DNA of 64,000 bases from assembly GCF_009914755.1 (NCBI RefSeq), contig NC_060930.1, one strand, 5' to 3'. Shown here in pieces: positions 1-19,393 of the stretch (positions within the stretch are counted from its first letter, which is position 1; each line of letters begins with the position of its first letter). The translations under genes were made by a program, and so were the position numbers. This DNA comes from the human T2T-CHM13v2.0 reference genome, Homo sapiens. The notes beneath the pieces are model-generated. The model was not told where the DNA came from. It saw only the letters and a program-made list of their open reading frames with translations, and did not search any database.

Positions 1-962
1 CCCGCCTCAGCCTCCCAAAGCGCTGGGATTACAGGCATGAGCCACCACACCCGGCCCTAAGAATAAACTTCTGGAAAAAAGAAAATAGCAGTTCCAAGAT
101 TTTTTTGGACACCATCTTTCTTATCTGATGTTCAAGAAATTGCTGGCTCTATTTACATGAAAGCAGCATAACATGGTACAAACATCAAAGTATCTAATAA
201 TAACAGTCTACTACTTTCTGGAAGGGGTGAGATAAGCATGATGATAAAGGTGAGCAGGAGAGGAAAATGTCTATTGCATGTGATCACCAGGATAGCTCAA
301 AGCACTTTTTTAGATTTTCCCCTTTACAGGTATAAAGTGACAATATTTATAAAGATTCCTTTTTTGAGGCATGCTTGATGGCATGCAACAGTAATCCCAA
401 CTACTTGGCTGAGGTAGGAGGCTCACTTGAGCCCAGGAGTTCAAGACCAGCCTGGACAACACAGCGAGAACCTGTCTCCAAAAAATTCCTTTCTTAAATG
501 AATACATATGTCTTTTTTTTTTTTTTTTTTTTACTTCTGGCTTACTTTCATGATTATTATACAGGGATATAGACATGGATGATGCAAGACAAGGGCAAAA
601 AGATCTGGCTTGATTGAATGTAGTCTGTGTCTCCCCTTCCTCCCAAAAACTTAAGCTGTAGAGATTGGTATGCTTTCAGTTAATATTTAAATGCCTCCCC
701 TCCAAAAAGTTTTCTATCTTTGACAAATGTCACTGGTTTTCCTCTCTGTTGCCAAGATCTGCTATTCATTTTATGTTTTACTATTTTAGAATCTATTTTT
801 TTAATCCCATCAAAGCTACCAACCATTGTGGTTCTATGTATATTTCTCTTCCTTCTCTACTGTCTATCTATCTCAGTGAGACAGATAGCATGATAAGCAG
901 CAGGAGAAATCCTTGCTGCATATAAGTGCCCTTACTGGGATGCTTTTTAAACCACCACTGCC

Positions 963-1314
<352 letters not shown>

Positions 1315-1379
1315 TCAAAGGCTCCTCAGGTGATATGAATTTTCTGTGAGGGCTCTGGGCAACCATGGTAAAACCTTGT

Positions 1380-1592
1380 CTGAGACAAGCCTGGGCAACA
1401 TGGAGAAACCCTGTCTCTACAAATACAAAAAAATTAGCCAGGCATAGTGGCGTGCTCCTGTAGCCCCAATTACTCAGGAGGCGAAGGTTGGGAGGGTTGC
1501 CTGAGCCCAGGAGGTCGAGGCTACAATGAGCCCAGATTGCACCACCGTGCACTCTAGCTTGGGCAACAGAGTGAGACCCTGTCTCAAACAAA
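1380..1592 (+). mobile_element. 5'-truncated Alu (J-like)
   Basis: Linker and right arm. Confidence 0.8.
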
Positions 1593-1599
1593 AGTACGG

Positions 1600-2190
1600 G
1601 CTCTGAAGGTCCGAAAATCTAGGTTCAAATCCCAGTTTTACCATTTAATAGCTGTGACCCTGGGGAAGTTAACTTTCTTAAACTTCATTTATTTGTAAGT
1701 GTCCACTATGTGCCAAGCAGTGTTGGATATTGAGTAAGGGTGATTATGACAGTCCCTGTCCTCTAAGAGCTTATAATGGGTGACACAGGAACTTACAGGA
1801 AGCCAAAGACAAGCAAACAAATTTATTCCTAACAAAGCTACCAGGGCACACAGGAAGGAAATCTGGTCCAGAGTCAAGGGATCAGCAAAATCTTTAAAAA
1901 GGGGACATTAAGGCTGAGTCCTGCAGGATAAGTGATAGTAACCAGATGAGGCTCTTAAAGGAAGCCTGTTCTTAACAGAGGAGGAAGTGTGTGCAAAAGG
2001 CCTGGATACAAAAGAACTCAGCTTAATTGGGAGATACCAGTTCAGGACTGGAGTTAAAATGAGGAAAGGACAAGAGATGAGGATCAGTTGATCAGCTTCT
2101 ACAGGAATATTATCTACTCTGCTTGGTTACCTCAAGATTAAATTTTATAGATAGAGCACAGTGCTTTGCACATAAAAGATACTCAAATGA
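1600..2190. mobile_element. MIR and L2 fragments
   Basis: ggttcaaatcccagttttacc...gctgtgacc (MIR); tatgtgccaagcagtgttgg (L2). Confidence 0.6.
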
Positions 2191-2459
2191 TACATCCCTT
2201 AACAGAACAGAATCCCTAAAAACTCAATATAACAGGACTACTTTAAAATAGCCACTGTCTTCCTCCCCCACTCTCCATTCTGGGGATGGATTAGATAAGG
2301 ACAGAATCTTCACTGCTAATAGCATGCTTCTCCTTGATGGAGATCCTGGAAAAGTCAGCCGTAGCTGGCAGCAACATGTGTAACAGACAACATCTCATTG
2401 GCCAATTGATAGAGCTACATAGATTCTGCAGATGTCCTCTGGCATCAAAATGCCCTGAT

Positions 2460-2768
2460 TTTTTTTTCTTTGCTTTGCTTTTTTTAGAGGCAGGGTCTCA
2501 CTGTGTCACCCAGGTTAGAGTGCGGTGGTATGATCGTGGCTCACTGCAGTGTTGACCTCCTCCTGGGCTCAAGAAATCCTCCCACTTCAGCCTCCCACAT
2601 AGCTGGGACTACAGGCACACGCCACCATGCCTGGCTAATTTTTAAATTTTTGTAGGGACAGGGTCTCACTGCGTTGCCCAGGCTGTGTGGCAACGCCTGA
2701 GCTCAAGTAGTCCTCCCACCTTGGCCTCCCAAGTGCTGGGATTACATACAGGAGCCACCGTGCCCGAC
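2460..2768 (-). mobile_element. AluJ
   Basis: Full dimer, antisense. Confidence 0.85.
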
Positions 2769-3065
2769 CCCCCGATTCTTTAAAATACTATTAATATTTT
2801 AGCCCTTCAATAATACATGTTTATAATTCCCAAAAATAAGTCTAAGATTTTAAAATTTATTTCTCAGCTTCCAATCTGGATATTAATGACTCCTAATTTA
2901 AGATTAGATGACTGACCCAGAGGAAAAAACATATACAAGTTTAGAACGGCAAGCACTGTCAAGATAAGATGCTACATTTATTTAGCACCTTGTCAAAATT
3001 TTTATCAGCCAACGTTATTATTCAGCTTTATGCTTTAATAAAGCTCAACTTTAAAAGATTATTTG

Positions 3066-3362
3066 GAGCCTGGCATGGTGGCTCACACCTATAATCCTAG
3101 CAGTTTTGGAGGCTGAGGTGGGAGTATCACTTGAGCCCAGGAGTTCAAGAGCAGCCTGGGCAACATAGTGAGATCTCGTCTCTACAAATAATTTAAAAAT
3201 TAGCTGGGTGTGGTGGTATGCGCCTGTGGTCCCAGCTAGTAGAGAGGCTGAGGTTGGGAGGATCACTTGAGCCTGGGAGGTCAAGGCTTCAGTGAGCTGT
3301 GACTGCACCACTGCACTCTAGGCTGAGAGACAGAGGGAGACCCTGTCTCGAAAAAATAAATA
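3066..3362 (+). mobile_element. AluJ
   Basis: Full dimer. Confidence 0.85.
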
Positions 3363-4355
3363 CATACACAAAGGTTACTTGGTTAAGTACCAAATAAGAT
3401 AGCTTATTTTTATACCATGCTTGCTTAATGAAGGTATACTTCCATGACAAGTAGGTTTCTTGACAAGAAAATCTAACAATTTTAGTAACTCAACTAAACA
3501 TTAACACACAGAAAATGTAGTTGATCACTGACGTTTAATTTAGAAAATGTCTATCTTTAGAAAGAGCTAAATTTTGCGTGCTTATTATGTGCCAGGCACT
3601 GTGCTAGAAAGATTCATGTGCCTTATCCCATTTAGTCCTAAGAGGTAGGTACTATTATTAGCACACCTATTTCACAGAGGGGAAGTGGAGCTTTGATTTT
3701 GTATCTTACCCAGCTAGGAAATGTTAAATCTATTCTTTGAACTGAGGACTATGTCAGAGCTCAAGAAAGATTCTAATTCCATTCCTGTTCAAAACAGTGG
3801 TCTCCAGGTAAAATAGATCTTGATTAACTTAAAAATCTCCAGAATATTAAAGTTATATTACAGCACAAACTTCATAAACAGTGACTGAATTTTGCTTTCA
3901 GCCTTCTCTTGAATATGCCTAAATAATTCCAGACCTTGAACTTTCCTAAACCTTTAATCATTTATGGTGCTCTCTGCTGTACCTACCCATTAGAACAATT
4001 TTTAAAAACATAACACTGTGTAATTATTTTCAAAAGCCCAGAGATACTAATCAAGTGATCCTAATAGTCTTAAACACTATCCTCAAACCAAAAGATAAAT
4101 GGAGATTGGGAAACTTGCATTCTAAGTGCCACCATCCATATAAAATTGCCCTGTGAATTAGAGTAATTTCAATCAGATCCTGTAAAACTGTAAATTTTTC
4201 TCAAGACCAGAATGAGACAGTAACTGTAAGATAGTTTAAAAGCCCAAATTCTGGAACATAAAATGGTTTTCCACATAGCAAATTCAACAGCAAAAGGTAG
4301 TCAGTAGGGGTTCGGGAGAGCAGCAACATTTAGAAAATAATAAATAAAATTGCAG

Positions 4356-4650
4356 GGCTGGGTGAGGTGGCTCATGCCTGTAATTCCAACACTTTGGGAG
4401 ACTGAGAGGGGGAGGGCCACTTGAGGCCAGGAGTTCAAGACCATCATGGGCAACATAGCAAGTCTCATCTGACAAAAAATAAAAAATTAGCCAGGTATAG
4501 TAGTACCCTGTAGTCCAGCTACTTGGGAGGCTGAGGCGGGGGGAATACTTGAGTCCTCGAGTTTGAGAATGCAGTGAGCCACAATCATGCCACTGTGTTC
4601 CAGCCTGGGCTACAGAACGAGACTCTTATCTCAAGAAGAAAAAAATTACA
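4356..4650 (+). mobile_element. AluJ
   Basis: Full dimer. Confidence 0.85.
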
Positions 4651-4802
4651 AAATATTAAACTATTCATGTCATAGCCACTCTGCCTTAATGCAAGACTAT
4701 AATTACTCTAAAAAATCATATGCTGCTCAAATAAGGCCTAATTTCCTTACTATATGGTGTCCTTAGTTTTAAGTTAACACATTACATACTAAAAGAAATC
4801 CA

Positions 4803-5129
<327 letters not shown>

Positions 5130-5296
5130 TCATGCATTAAAAACTCAATTAGGTTTTCACATAGGCACTGGCATTTATGACTGTTAACAGCTATTAACAC
5201 CCAGTGAGTTGGTTTATACAAAAATACAAACCAAAGTAAGTGTATAATTTGTTAGTTCCCTGACTCATTAATCGTTCTTAAAAAAGATTATTTTCA

Positions 5297-5593
5297 GGCC
5301 AGGCGCGGTGGCTCATGCCTGTAATCCCAGCACTTTGGGAGGCCAAGGCAGGTGGATCACGAGGTCAGGAGTTCAAGACCAGCCTGACCAACACAGTGAA
5401 ATCCCATCTCTACTAAAAATACAAAAATTAGCCAGGCGTGGTGGCGCATGCCTGTAATCCCAGCTACTCAGGAGGCTGAGGCAGGAGAATCACTTGAACC
5501 TGGGAGGCGGAGGTTGCTGTGAGCCAAAATAGCGCCGCTGCACTGCAGCCTGGGCAACAGAGCGAGACTCCGTCTCAAAAAAAAAAAAAAAAA
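5297..5593 (+). mobile_element. AluS
   Basis: Full dimer with poly(A). Confidence 0.9.
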
Positions 5594-5644
5594 ATTTTCT
5601 TTAACATGTAAATGACTATACCAAAACCCTTTTTTCTCTCTCTC

Positions 5645-5927
5645 CTGAGATAGGGTCTCATTCTGTTATGCCGGCTTGAGTAGAGTGGCCTCATCATAGC
5701 TCTCTGCAGCCTCGACCTCCTGGGCTCAAGTGATCCTCCCACCTCAGCCTCTGGAGTAGCTGGGACCTCAGGGATGCGCGCCACCACGCCCAACTAATTT
5801 CTTTTTTTGTGGGGAAGGGGTTTCAACGTGTTGCCCAGGCTGGTCTCAAACTTCTGAGCTCAAGGGATCCACCTGCCTCAGCCTCCCAAAGTGCTGGGAC
5901 TAGAGGCATGAGCCACTGCGCCAGGCC
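5645..5927 (-). mobile_element. AluJ
   Basis: Antisense dimer. Confidence 0.85.
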
Positions 5928-6246
5928 CAGAAACCATTTTTAAGTGTCACATCAGCTATTTGCTAAGGTATTAGGTGTATTAAAAAAAAAAGAGGATTAA
6001 ATTATTATACTAGAACCCATTTAATATAATGCATTCAGCAAGATAAACTCAAAGTAAGTGGAGGAAGTGTAGGCAGGAGATTCCAATTCAGTTTTGTGAC
6101 AGGAAGTACCTGCTATGGAAGTATAGAAACAAGAATACCAAGTTCTGTTTTAGCACAAGAAAGAAAAAAAAAGAAAATACTAGTGAATAGGGCAAAAGAG
6201 GAAGTTCTTTTTAGTGAACCATCTGTCATGTATTACAGACAATTAG

Positions 6247-6663
<417 letters not shown>

Positions 6664-7878
6664 TTACACATCCATAAGAAGACAACAGTGGCTTGAAACA
6701 TTAAACTATTCGTTTCATATCTTAAAGTTTGATTAACTTTTTAAAATCAATGCTAACTACGTAAGAATCATTTTTTAAAAATACTTAAGTTTCACAACAA
6801 TGTGAATATACTACTGAGCTGTATGTACACTTAAAAATGGTTAGGATGGTAAATTTGATTTTTGTGTTTTTCACGACACAAAGTGTGTAAGTTAATGAGA
6901 ATTTTTTCACTTAAATGTTAATAGTAGCTTGTCATATAAATTTTGATTAAAGGAAAAATCGCTTTACACTTAACTTTTAATAATTTGCTGTCATCTTTAA
7001 ATTAATGTAATTAATTTTTAAAGATGCTTCCATACATGGGCAAATTCTTTAATCCTGAATTATAGAGTGAAAGTGAAGCACTATTTTCAATTAACATCTT
7101 TCAAATCATCTAAATTATTGCCAACAAATACTAGTTATGAAATTAGGTATATTTTATTTCTGTTGATTTCTTTATTCAATTAAGTGCAAATCTCGAATTA
7201 AGAGAGCAAGATCCCTAGTCTTTTCTTAAAGCAACTGTAGTTCTGGATTATGAGGTAGGTGACACCACACCTCAGCCTTTGGCAGGGCGGTGGCCCAAAA
7301 TGCTGAAGTCAACCATGTCCAATCACCCTTCTGGTCTGGCTCAGCCCTATCAAAAATTGTCAGGCTTCTGTGAACTTTCATTAAGTCCCGTTCAGAAGAC
7401 TGCACAACCCAGGTTACTTTAGCAGCTCGGGAAGGGCCTGGAGCAGCCGGGTTGGCTTGCTACCTCTGGGAAGTCTCCAGGAAGAGAAAACTGGGAAAAG
7501 GCTTTAACTTTGCGCAAGCCCCTTTTCTCTGTCAACATCTCTTTCCCTTCCCAGCGAAGGGATGTGTTCTCGAAAGATCTACCCCTTTCCAACTCAAATG
7601 TCATTCCCTGATCAGCTGCTGGAGGGGCAAGCGGCGCTCAACCCACGCCCTCCTCTTCGAGCACCTTCTCCAAGTGCCAGCGCGCCGGGCTCGCTCTGCA
7701 GCCCCCCACACCAGCCCTACAGGAAGAGGGGCCCTGGCTCACGACCCCGGCCCGCCTCTGCAAGGGGGCTCCCGGCCTGGGAGGCTGTGGCTGCCCGCGG
7801 GGGTCCACTCCCGGGTCGAGTGGGGGTGACCAGAGCCAGCGGGAGGGGTTTCTTGGGAGAGGGGAGAGACGGCCTCAC

Positions 7879-8040
7879 CTTGACCCTGATTTCGTAAGTG
7901 GTGAAGCGGCCCCGGCCGACCCCCACCGTTTGCGGGTTGCTCACATCGATCTCGAGGAAGTTGCTGGGGGGTCCGTAGGCGTCATTCAGGTTCTGCGGCT
8001 TGGTGATCAGCCGCCGGGTGTCAGCCACGGTCTCCGCCAT
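7879..8040 (-). CDS. SNX3: Sorting nexin 3, coding exon 1 (54 codons, phase-0 donor); remainder of gene lies left of the window
   Basis: Translation MAETVADTRRLITKPQNLNDAYGPPSNFLEIDVSNPQTVGVGRGRFTTYEIRVK is the SNX3 N-terminus/PX-domain start; followed by donor AAG|GTGAGG (GT at 7878-7877); inside a CpG island. Confidence 0.97.
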
Positions 8041-8376
8041 TTCGCTGTAGCTGCTGCCGCCGCCGCGGGCTCCCTCCGCCCCCTCCGCGTTCAGCCGCCG
8101 CCGCCGCCGCTGCTGCCCGCCGTGGGGACACGGGGCTCGCGCGCAGCGGTCGCGAAGAGAACGAGCACGTAGAGCGGGCGTTCACCCCGCACGCGAAGCT
8201 CCTCCCCGCGCCCCTCAAGCTTCCGCCTCCGAGCCCAGGGGAGAAACGGCTCACTAGCTGGAACGCCACGCCCGGCTCCCGGGAGGCCCGGCCGAGGCTG
8301 GGGAGGGGCACTGCGGACTGGGGTGTGAGGAGAAGCGGTGTCATGGGACTCGGGGTCGCAAACAGGTTCCGGCCGG

Positions 8377-8397
8377 ACTACAGCGCCCACAATGCAC
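8377..8397 (+). promoter_or_regulatory. ZNF143/THAP11-type (ACTACA + SBS) motif in SNX3 promoter
   Basis: ACTACAGCGCCCACAATGCAC resembles ACTACAnnTCCCAnnATGCA consensus. Confidence 0.7.
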
Positions 8398-8995
8398 CGC
8401 GAGCGCGCCGCCGCGGGGCTGCGGCCGAGGAGGCGAGGACCCAGACGCCCAGAGCTGGCGCTTCCTGTCTCTCTGCGCCAGCCTCGGCCTGCGGCGGGGT
8501 AGAGCGCCGGAAACGGCTTTAGCGGCTTTGGGAATTGCGGGCGAAAGTTAAACGGAGAGATCTTAGAGATTTGCCCGCAAATCGAAACAAAACTGCCCCT
8601 ACTAACTCTGTGCCAACCTGTGCACCGTCTCACTGTGAACCCCTGAAAATGCCTTTCTGGAGAAGGTTAAGCAAATGCCTGAGATGATTTTGCCATAAAC
8701 CCGAGCGTTGCACCAGACACGCGTCTGGATTGATAGGTTGAAACCAGTAAAGTGGGGGAGTGAAATAAAAACTAAAGCCCTAGTTAAATCCTAGCATTAT
8801 GGTCAAATCGATTTTGGAGACAGGTCGGTCCGCTAAAACAAAGTAACAGTAGACCGGCTGCAAGCTGCTTTGGGTGTCCACTTTCGTTTCTCACGAAGTC
8901 CTGATAAGTTTTTTTTTTTTTTGAAAAGTATTAAACGTACCTCTACAGGACTGGAAATGCAACTCACATGAGCCTTTTTAAGAAACGGGGAGGAA

Positions 8996-9310
<315 letters not shown>

Positions 9311-9679
9311 TTAATTAGGTCCTAGTTCATCTCTTATGGTCCAATGGGAAATGCAGATTTTAAATGTTGAGATACGATACATTTCTATCTCTGCCCAGAG
9401 AGTTATCCCTCACAACTATTTCTGCATTTTTTAATATGTCAAGTTTAACACTATAATTACTTTAAATAACCTGATCTTCCCCGCCCCCCTTTTCTTTAGA
9501 TTTTAAATTATTAGTAATTATTTGTGGAGACGGGATCTCACTGTGATTCCCAGGCTGGTCTCCAACTCCCAGCATCAAAGTGATCCTCCCGCCGTGGCCT
9601 CCCATATGTGCTGAGATGACAGGTATGAACCACCGTGCTTGGACTGATCTGTCCCTTGAACTGCAAATTTCTTTTCTTT

Positions 9680-9685
<6 letters not shown>

Positions 9686-9719
<34 letters not shown>

Positions 9720-10001
9720 AGACGGAGTCTCGCTGTGTCGTTCAGGCTGGAGTGCAGTGGCGCATCTTGTCTTACTGCAATCTCCACCTTTCGGATTCAA
9801 GCGATTCTCCTGCCTCAGCCTCCCGAGTAGCTGGGATTACAGGCGTGCGCCATGACACCCAGCTAATTTTTGTGTATTTTCAGTAGAAACGGGGTTTTGC
9901 CTTATTGGCCGGGCTGGTCTCGAACTCCTAACCTCAGCTGATCCGCTCGCCTCAGCCTCCCAAAGTGCTGGGAGTACAGAAGTGAGCCACCGTGCCCGGC
10001 C
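9686..10001 (-). mobile_element. AluS with long poly(T)
   Basis: Antisense dimer. Confidence 0.9.
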
Positions 10002-10043
10002 AACAGCAACCATTCTTAATAACACTAAGAAACACTGGAATAA

Positions 10044-10383
<340 letters not shown>

Positions 10384-10929
10384 TTATTTTCCAGAAAACA
10401 ACATTCATTTATTAATTCAACAAATATTTGTTGAAGACCTACTAGATGTTTTCATTCTAAGTACTAGAAATGAAAGGGTAGATAAGTCAGGTTTATAGCC
10501 TAGTATATAGTCTGTCTTAGGGAGACAATTCAGTAAATAATACACCTGCCAATATAATTGGTGCTATGAGGCAAATAAAACTGAATAATGTGACAGATAG
10601 TGACAGACAAGCTCATTAGATATTAATGCTGGGCATGTCTCCTAATGCAACAGACCAAATGGGAATTTGACTGGTATGATTAGAAATGTAAGCTCAATAA
10701 ATACATATCAATGACTCTGAATTGAAGTCTATGCAAGCTAAGAGACCAGGAACTACTGTATTATGTTGTCATCGGTGACACCTGAACAAAGCAATCATGG
10801 AATATTCTCATAGAATGCTTCTGTCTGATTCCTTGGCGACCACTCAGGGCAGCAGTGGGCAGCCAGAACAAATGCCTGCAGTGGGGAAGCGGCTAGGAGG
10901 GACAGCAGCACAGCATCATAGCACAGTTG

Positions 10930-11370
10930 TATAGCCAAAGAAGACCTTCTTGGTGTAAATATCAGGAAAAAAAATTATCCTTATTTTTCAGGAATTGTGA
11001 TTGCATTTCTAGAATACAAATCCAGAAATAATAAGCTACTAGAATTAACAAGAGAATGTAGTGGCAAGACAGAAATAAAGAATGTAATAGCTTTCCTTTG
11101 TCTATGCAATATCTAGTTAGAATGGAAATGGAAGAAAATACCCTGTTTGCAAGTGACCAGAAGTACAAAATATCTAGGAAGGAAGGGATAGGAACTATAA
11201 GGAGCAAAGGGAACATAGGACTAAAACTATGAAATTGTATTCAAAGATGTAAGACAAAACCTAAAGAGAAAAGAGTCTATGTTCCTGGATGGGAGGACTT
11301 AATATCAGAAAAAGTCACTATCTAAAATTAATAACTTAATACAATTAGAATCTCAATGTGGTTAGTTTTA
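10930..11370 (+). mobile_element. Old L1M ORF2 fragment
   Basis: Degenerate L1 motifs (aaaatatctagga, ctatgttcctggatgggaggacttaatat). Confidence 0.6.
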
Positions 11371-11394
11371 CTCACCCACTCCCACCTTGGATGA

Positions 11395-11747
<353 letters not shown>

Positions 11748-11749
11748 TA

Positions 11750-12052
11750 GGCTGGGCGCGGTGGCTCACGCCTGTAATCCCAACACTTTGGGAGGCCGAG
11801 ATGGGCGGATCATCTGAGGTCAGAAGTTTGAGACAATCCTGGCCAACATGGTGAAACCCCGTCTCTACTAAAAATACAAAAAAATAGCTGGGCGTGGTGC
11901 CGGGCGCCTGTAATCCCAGCTACTCGGGAGGCTGAGGCAGGAGAATGGCTTGAACCTGGGAGGCAGAGGTTGCAGCTGAGCCGAGATTGCGCCACTGCAC
12001 TCCAGCCTGGGTGACAAGAGCGAGATTCTGTCTCAAAAAAAAAAAAAAAAAA
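11750..12052 (+). mobile_element. AluS
   Basis: Full dimer, TSD ggcaaaacta. Confidence 0.9.
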
Positions 12053-12190
12053 GGCAAAACTAGCTCCAGAGTTTATATACTTACCAATATTTTACGCTGC
12101 CTCTTAGGCAGAAAATTCAGATGGACAATAAGCATAAAAAAGAAATGAAATTACTATCAGCTGACTGTTTAGTGCGCTCAGAATAAAGAC

Positions 12191-14462
<2,272 letters not shown>

Positions 14463-14582
14463 TCAACCAGTCCCTTGTGAACTTGATTAATGTGTCACTT
14501 CCTCAAAACCTGATTACTTCTAAAGGAAAAGGATAAAACCAAGTCACTGAACCTCTGAAGTGTCAGACTCTGGAATTATGGC

Positions 14583-15478
<896 letters not shown>

Positions 15479-15712
15479 TGGCAAACCTAATGAGACCTGT
15501 CAACTTCTCAAGTGCCAGCTGGGTTTCTTTTACATCATTTTTCCTATGTGGAGCATTTCAATTCTCACACCCTGACTTACTCCCCAAACTCCTGCTCCCA
15601 GGCTGCTGAGCATTCCTGAAGGAAATCTCAGACCTCCTGGCACCCTTGCAAATTTATGGTTTCCAACTTCAGTTGATCCTTAGACACATCTCAGAAATCC
15701 CATTTAATTCTT

Positions 15713-16020
15713 GTTTTTTTTTTTTTTTTTTTTTTTTTAGATGCAGTTTTGCTTTTGTTGCCAGGGTGGAGCACAATGGCGCAATCTTGGCCCACTGCAA
15801 CCTCCACCTCTGGGTTCAAGCAATTCTCCTGCCTCAGCCTCCTGAGTAGCTGGGATTACAGGTGCCTGCCAACATGCCAGCTAATTTTTGTATTTTTGTT
15901 AGTAGAGGTGGGGTTTCACCATGTTGGCCAGGCTGGTCTCAAACTCCTGACCTCAGGTGATCCACCTGCCTCGGCCTCCCAAAGTGCTGGGATGACAGAT
16001 GTGAGCCACCATGCCTGGCC
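15713..16020 (-). mobile_element. AluS
   Basis: Antisense dimer, TSD tttaattct. Confidence 0.9.
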
Positions 16021-16325
16021 TCCCCTGTTTAATTCTCTTCTCACATTTTGCACTCCTCTTCCTTACTCTCAGCAGATAACCTTACTTCTTCCAGCACAAA
16101 GAAAAGTAAAAGCCATGAAGCTCAGTATCTCCCTCCTCACCACCACAAGACTATTTACAGTATGAGTCAATTTCAGAACTTCTGAGAGCATGAGGCAGAC
16201 CCACACCACTTCCAGCTTTTGAGGATCTGGACATTTTCAACTTTGGTACTGAGGAAATTATTTAAGGGCATTGTGAGTTGTTTGTTAATTTTAAGTAAGT
16301 AAAGCATTTACATTATTTAAAAATC

Positions 16326-18070
16326 GCTCTCCCTCTCCCTCTCCCTCTCCCCTCTCCGCTCTTTCCACGGTCTCCCTCTGATGCCGAGCCGGAGCTGGAC
16401 TGTACTGCTGCCATCTCGGCTCACTGCAACCTCCCTGCCTGATTCTCCTGCCTCAGCCTGCCGAGTCCCTGCGATTGCAGGCGCGCGCCACCACGCCTGA
16501 CTGGTTTTCGTATTTTTTGGGTGGAGACGGGGTTTCGCTGTGTTGGCCGGGCTGGTCTCCAGCTCCTAACCGCGAGTGATCCGCCAGCCTCGGCCTCCCG
16601 AGGTGCCGGGATTGCAGACGGAGTCTCCTTCACTCAGTGCTCAATGGTGCCCAGGCTGGAGTGCAGTGGCGTGATCTCGGCTCGCTACAACATCCACCTC
16701 CCAGCAGCCTGCCTTGGCCTCCCAAAGTGCCGAGATTGCAGCCTCTGCCCGGCCGCCACCCCGTCTGGGAAGTGAGGAGCGTCTCTGCCTGGCCGCCCAT
16801 CATCTGGGATGTGAGGAGCCCCTCTGCCTGGCTGCCCAGTCTGGAAAGTGAGGAGCGTCTCTGCCCGGCCGCCATCCCATCTAGGAAGTGAGGAGCGCCT
16901 CTTCCCGGCCGCCATCCCATCTAGGAAGTGAGGAGCGTCTCTGCCCGGCCGCCCCGTCTGAGAAGTGAGGAGACCCTCTGCCTGGCAACCGCCCTGTCTG
17001 AGAAGTGAGGAGCCCCTCCGCCCAGCAGCCGCCCCGTCTGAGAAGTGAGGAGCCCCTCCGCCCGGCAGCCACCCCGTCTGGGAAGTGAGGAGCGTCTCCG
17101 CCCGGCAGCCACCCCGTCCAGGAGGGAGGTGGGGGGGTCAGCCCCCCTCCCGGCCAGCCGCCCCGTCCGGGAGGGAGGTGGGGGGATCAGCCCCACGCCC
17201 GGCCAGCCGCCCCCTCTGGGAGGTGAGGGGCGCCTCTGCCCGGCCGCCCCTACTGGGAAGTGAGGAGCCCCTCTGCCTGGCCGGCCCCCCCGACCTGGAG
17301 GGAGGTGGGGGCGTTAGCCCCCCGCCCGGCCAGCCACCCCGTCCGGGAGGTGAGGGGCGCCTCTGCCCGGCCGCCCCTACTGGGAAGTGAGGAGCCCCTC
17401 TGCCCGGTCAGCCTCCCCGTCCGGGAGGGAGGTGGGGGGGTCAGCCCCCCGCCCGGCCAGCCGCACCATCCGGGAGGTGAGGGGCGCCTCTGCCCGGCCG
17501 CCCCTACTGGGAAGTGAGGAGCCCCTCTGCCCGGCCACCACCCCGTCTGGGAGGTGTACCCAACAGCTCATTGAGAACGGGCCATGATGACAATGGCGGT
17601 TTTGTGGAATAGAAAGGGGGGAAAGGTGGGGAAAAGATTGAGAAATCGGATGGTTGCCATGTCTGTGTAGAAAGAGGTAGACATGGGAGACTTTTCATTT
17701 TGTTCTGTACTAAGAAAAATTCTTCTGCCTTGGGATCCTGTTGATCTGTGAACTTACCCCCAACCCTGTGCTCTCTGAAACATGTGCTGTGTCCACTCAG
17801 GGTTAAATGGATTAAGGGCGGTGCAAGATGTGCTTTGTTAAACAGATGCTTGAAGGCAGCATGCTCGTTAAGAGTCATCACCACTCCCTAATCTCAAGTA
17901 CCCAGGGACACAAACACTGCAGAAGGCCGCAGGGTCCTCTGCCTAGGAAAACCAGAGACCTTTGTTCACTTGTTTGTCTGCTGACCTTCCCTCCACTATT
18001 GTCCTGTGACCCTGCCAAATCCCCCTCTGCTAGAAACACCCAATAATGATCAATAAAAAAATAAATAAAC
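16326..18070 (+). mobile_element. Full-length SVA retrotransposon (SVA_D-like, subfamily by eye)
   Basis: (CCCTCT)n head, Alu-like antisense region, GC-rich VNTR (~16750-17550), SINE-R ending GATCAATAAAAAAA. Confidence 0.95.
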
Positions 18071-18519
18071 AACAACAACAACAAAAAAGTCAAAAAATAA
18101 CATGCTGGCAAGGCTGTGGAAAAAAGGGGATGCTTATACCCTTTTGGTGGGAGTGTTTAACCGTTGTGGAAAACAGTATGGTGATTCCTGAAAGAGCTAA
18201 AAATAGAAATACCATTCAACCCAGCAATCTCATTATTGGGTATACACCCAAAGGAATATAAATCATTCTACCATAAAGACCCATGCATGTGTATGTTCAT
18301 TGCAGCACTATTCACAATAGAAAAGACATGGAAACAACCTAAATGCCCATCAATGACAGATTGGATAAAGAAAATGTGGTACGTATACACCATGAAATAG
18401 ACTATGCAGCCATAAGAAAGAACGAGAGCATGTCTGTTGTGGGAACATAGATGGAGCTAGAGGCCATTATCCTTAGCAAACAAACACAGGAACAGAAAAC
18501 CAAATATCACATGTTCTCA

Positions 18520-19181
<662 letters not shown>

Positions 19182-19393
19182 GGTGGGGGGACAACACCCA
19201 CTGGGGCCTCTCAGAAGGTGGAGGCTGGGAGGAGGGAGAGGATAAGAAAAAATAACGATTGGGTACTAGGCTTAGTTCCTGGGTAACAAAATAATCTGTA
19301 CAATAAACCCCCATGATATGAGTTTACCTATATAACAAACCCTGAACCGAAAATAAAAGTTTTAAAAATAAAAAATAAAAAATAAAAAAAAAA

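Larger units (their letters stand above)
7600..8620 (-). promoter_or_regulatory. SNX3: CpG island promoter and 5'UTR of SNX3
   Basis: Very GC- and CpG-rich, spans the ATG; short GCC repeats at ~8055-8068 and ~8094-8120. Confidence 0.9.

Noticed and set aside
7717-7878. ORF extension of SNX3 to 107 aa
   Set aside because: Read-through into intron 1 past the canonical GTGAGG donor
7419-8633. Several overlapping GC-rich ORFs up to 180 aa
   Set aside because: Expected stop-codon scarcity in a CpG island; no recognisable protein
16421-18111. Many Pro/Arg/Gly-rich ORFs
   Set aside because: SVA Alu-like/VNTR/SINE-R translation
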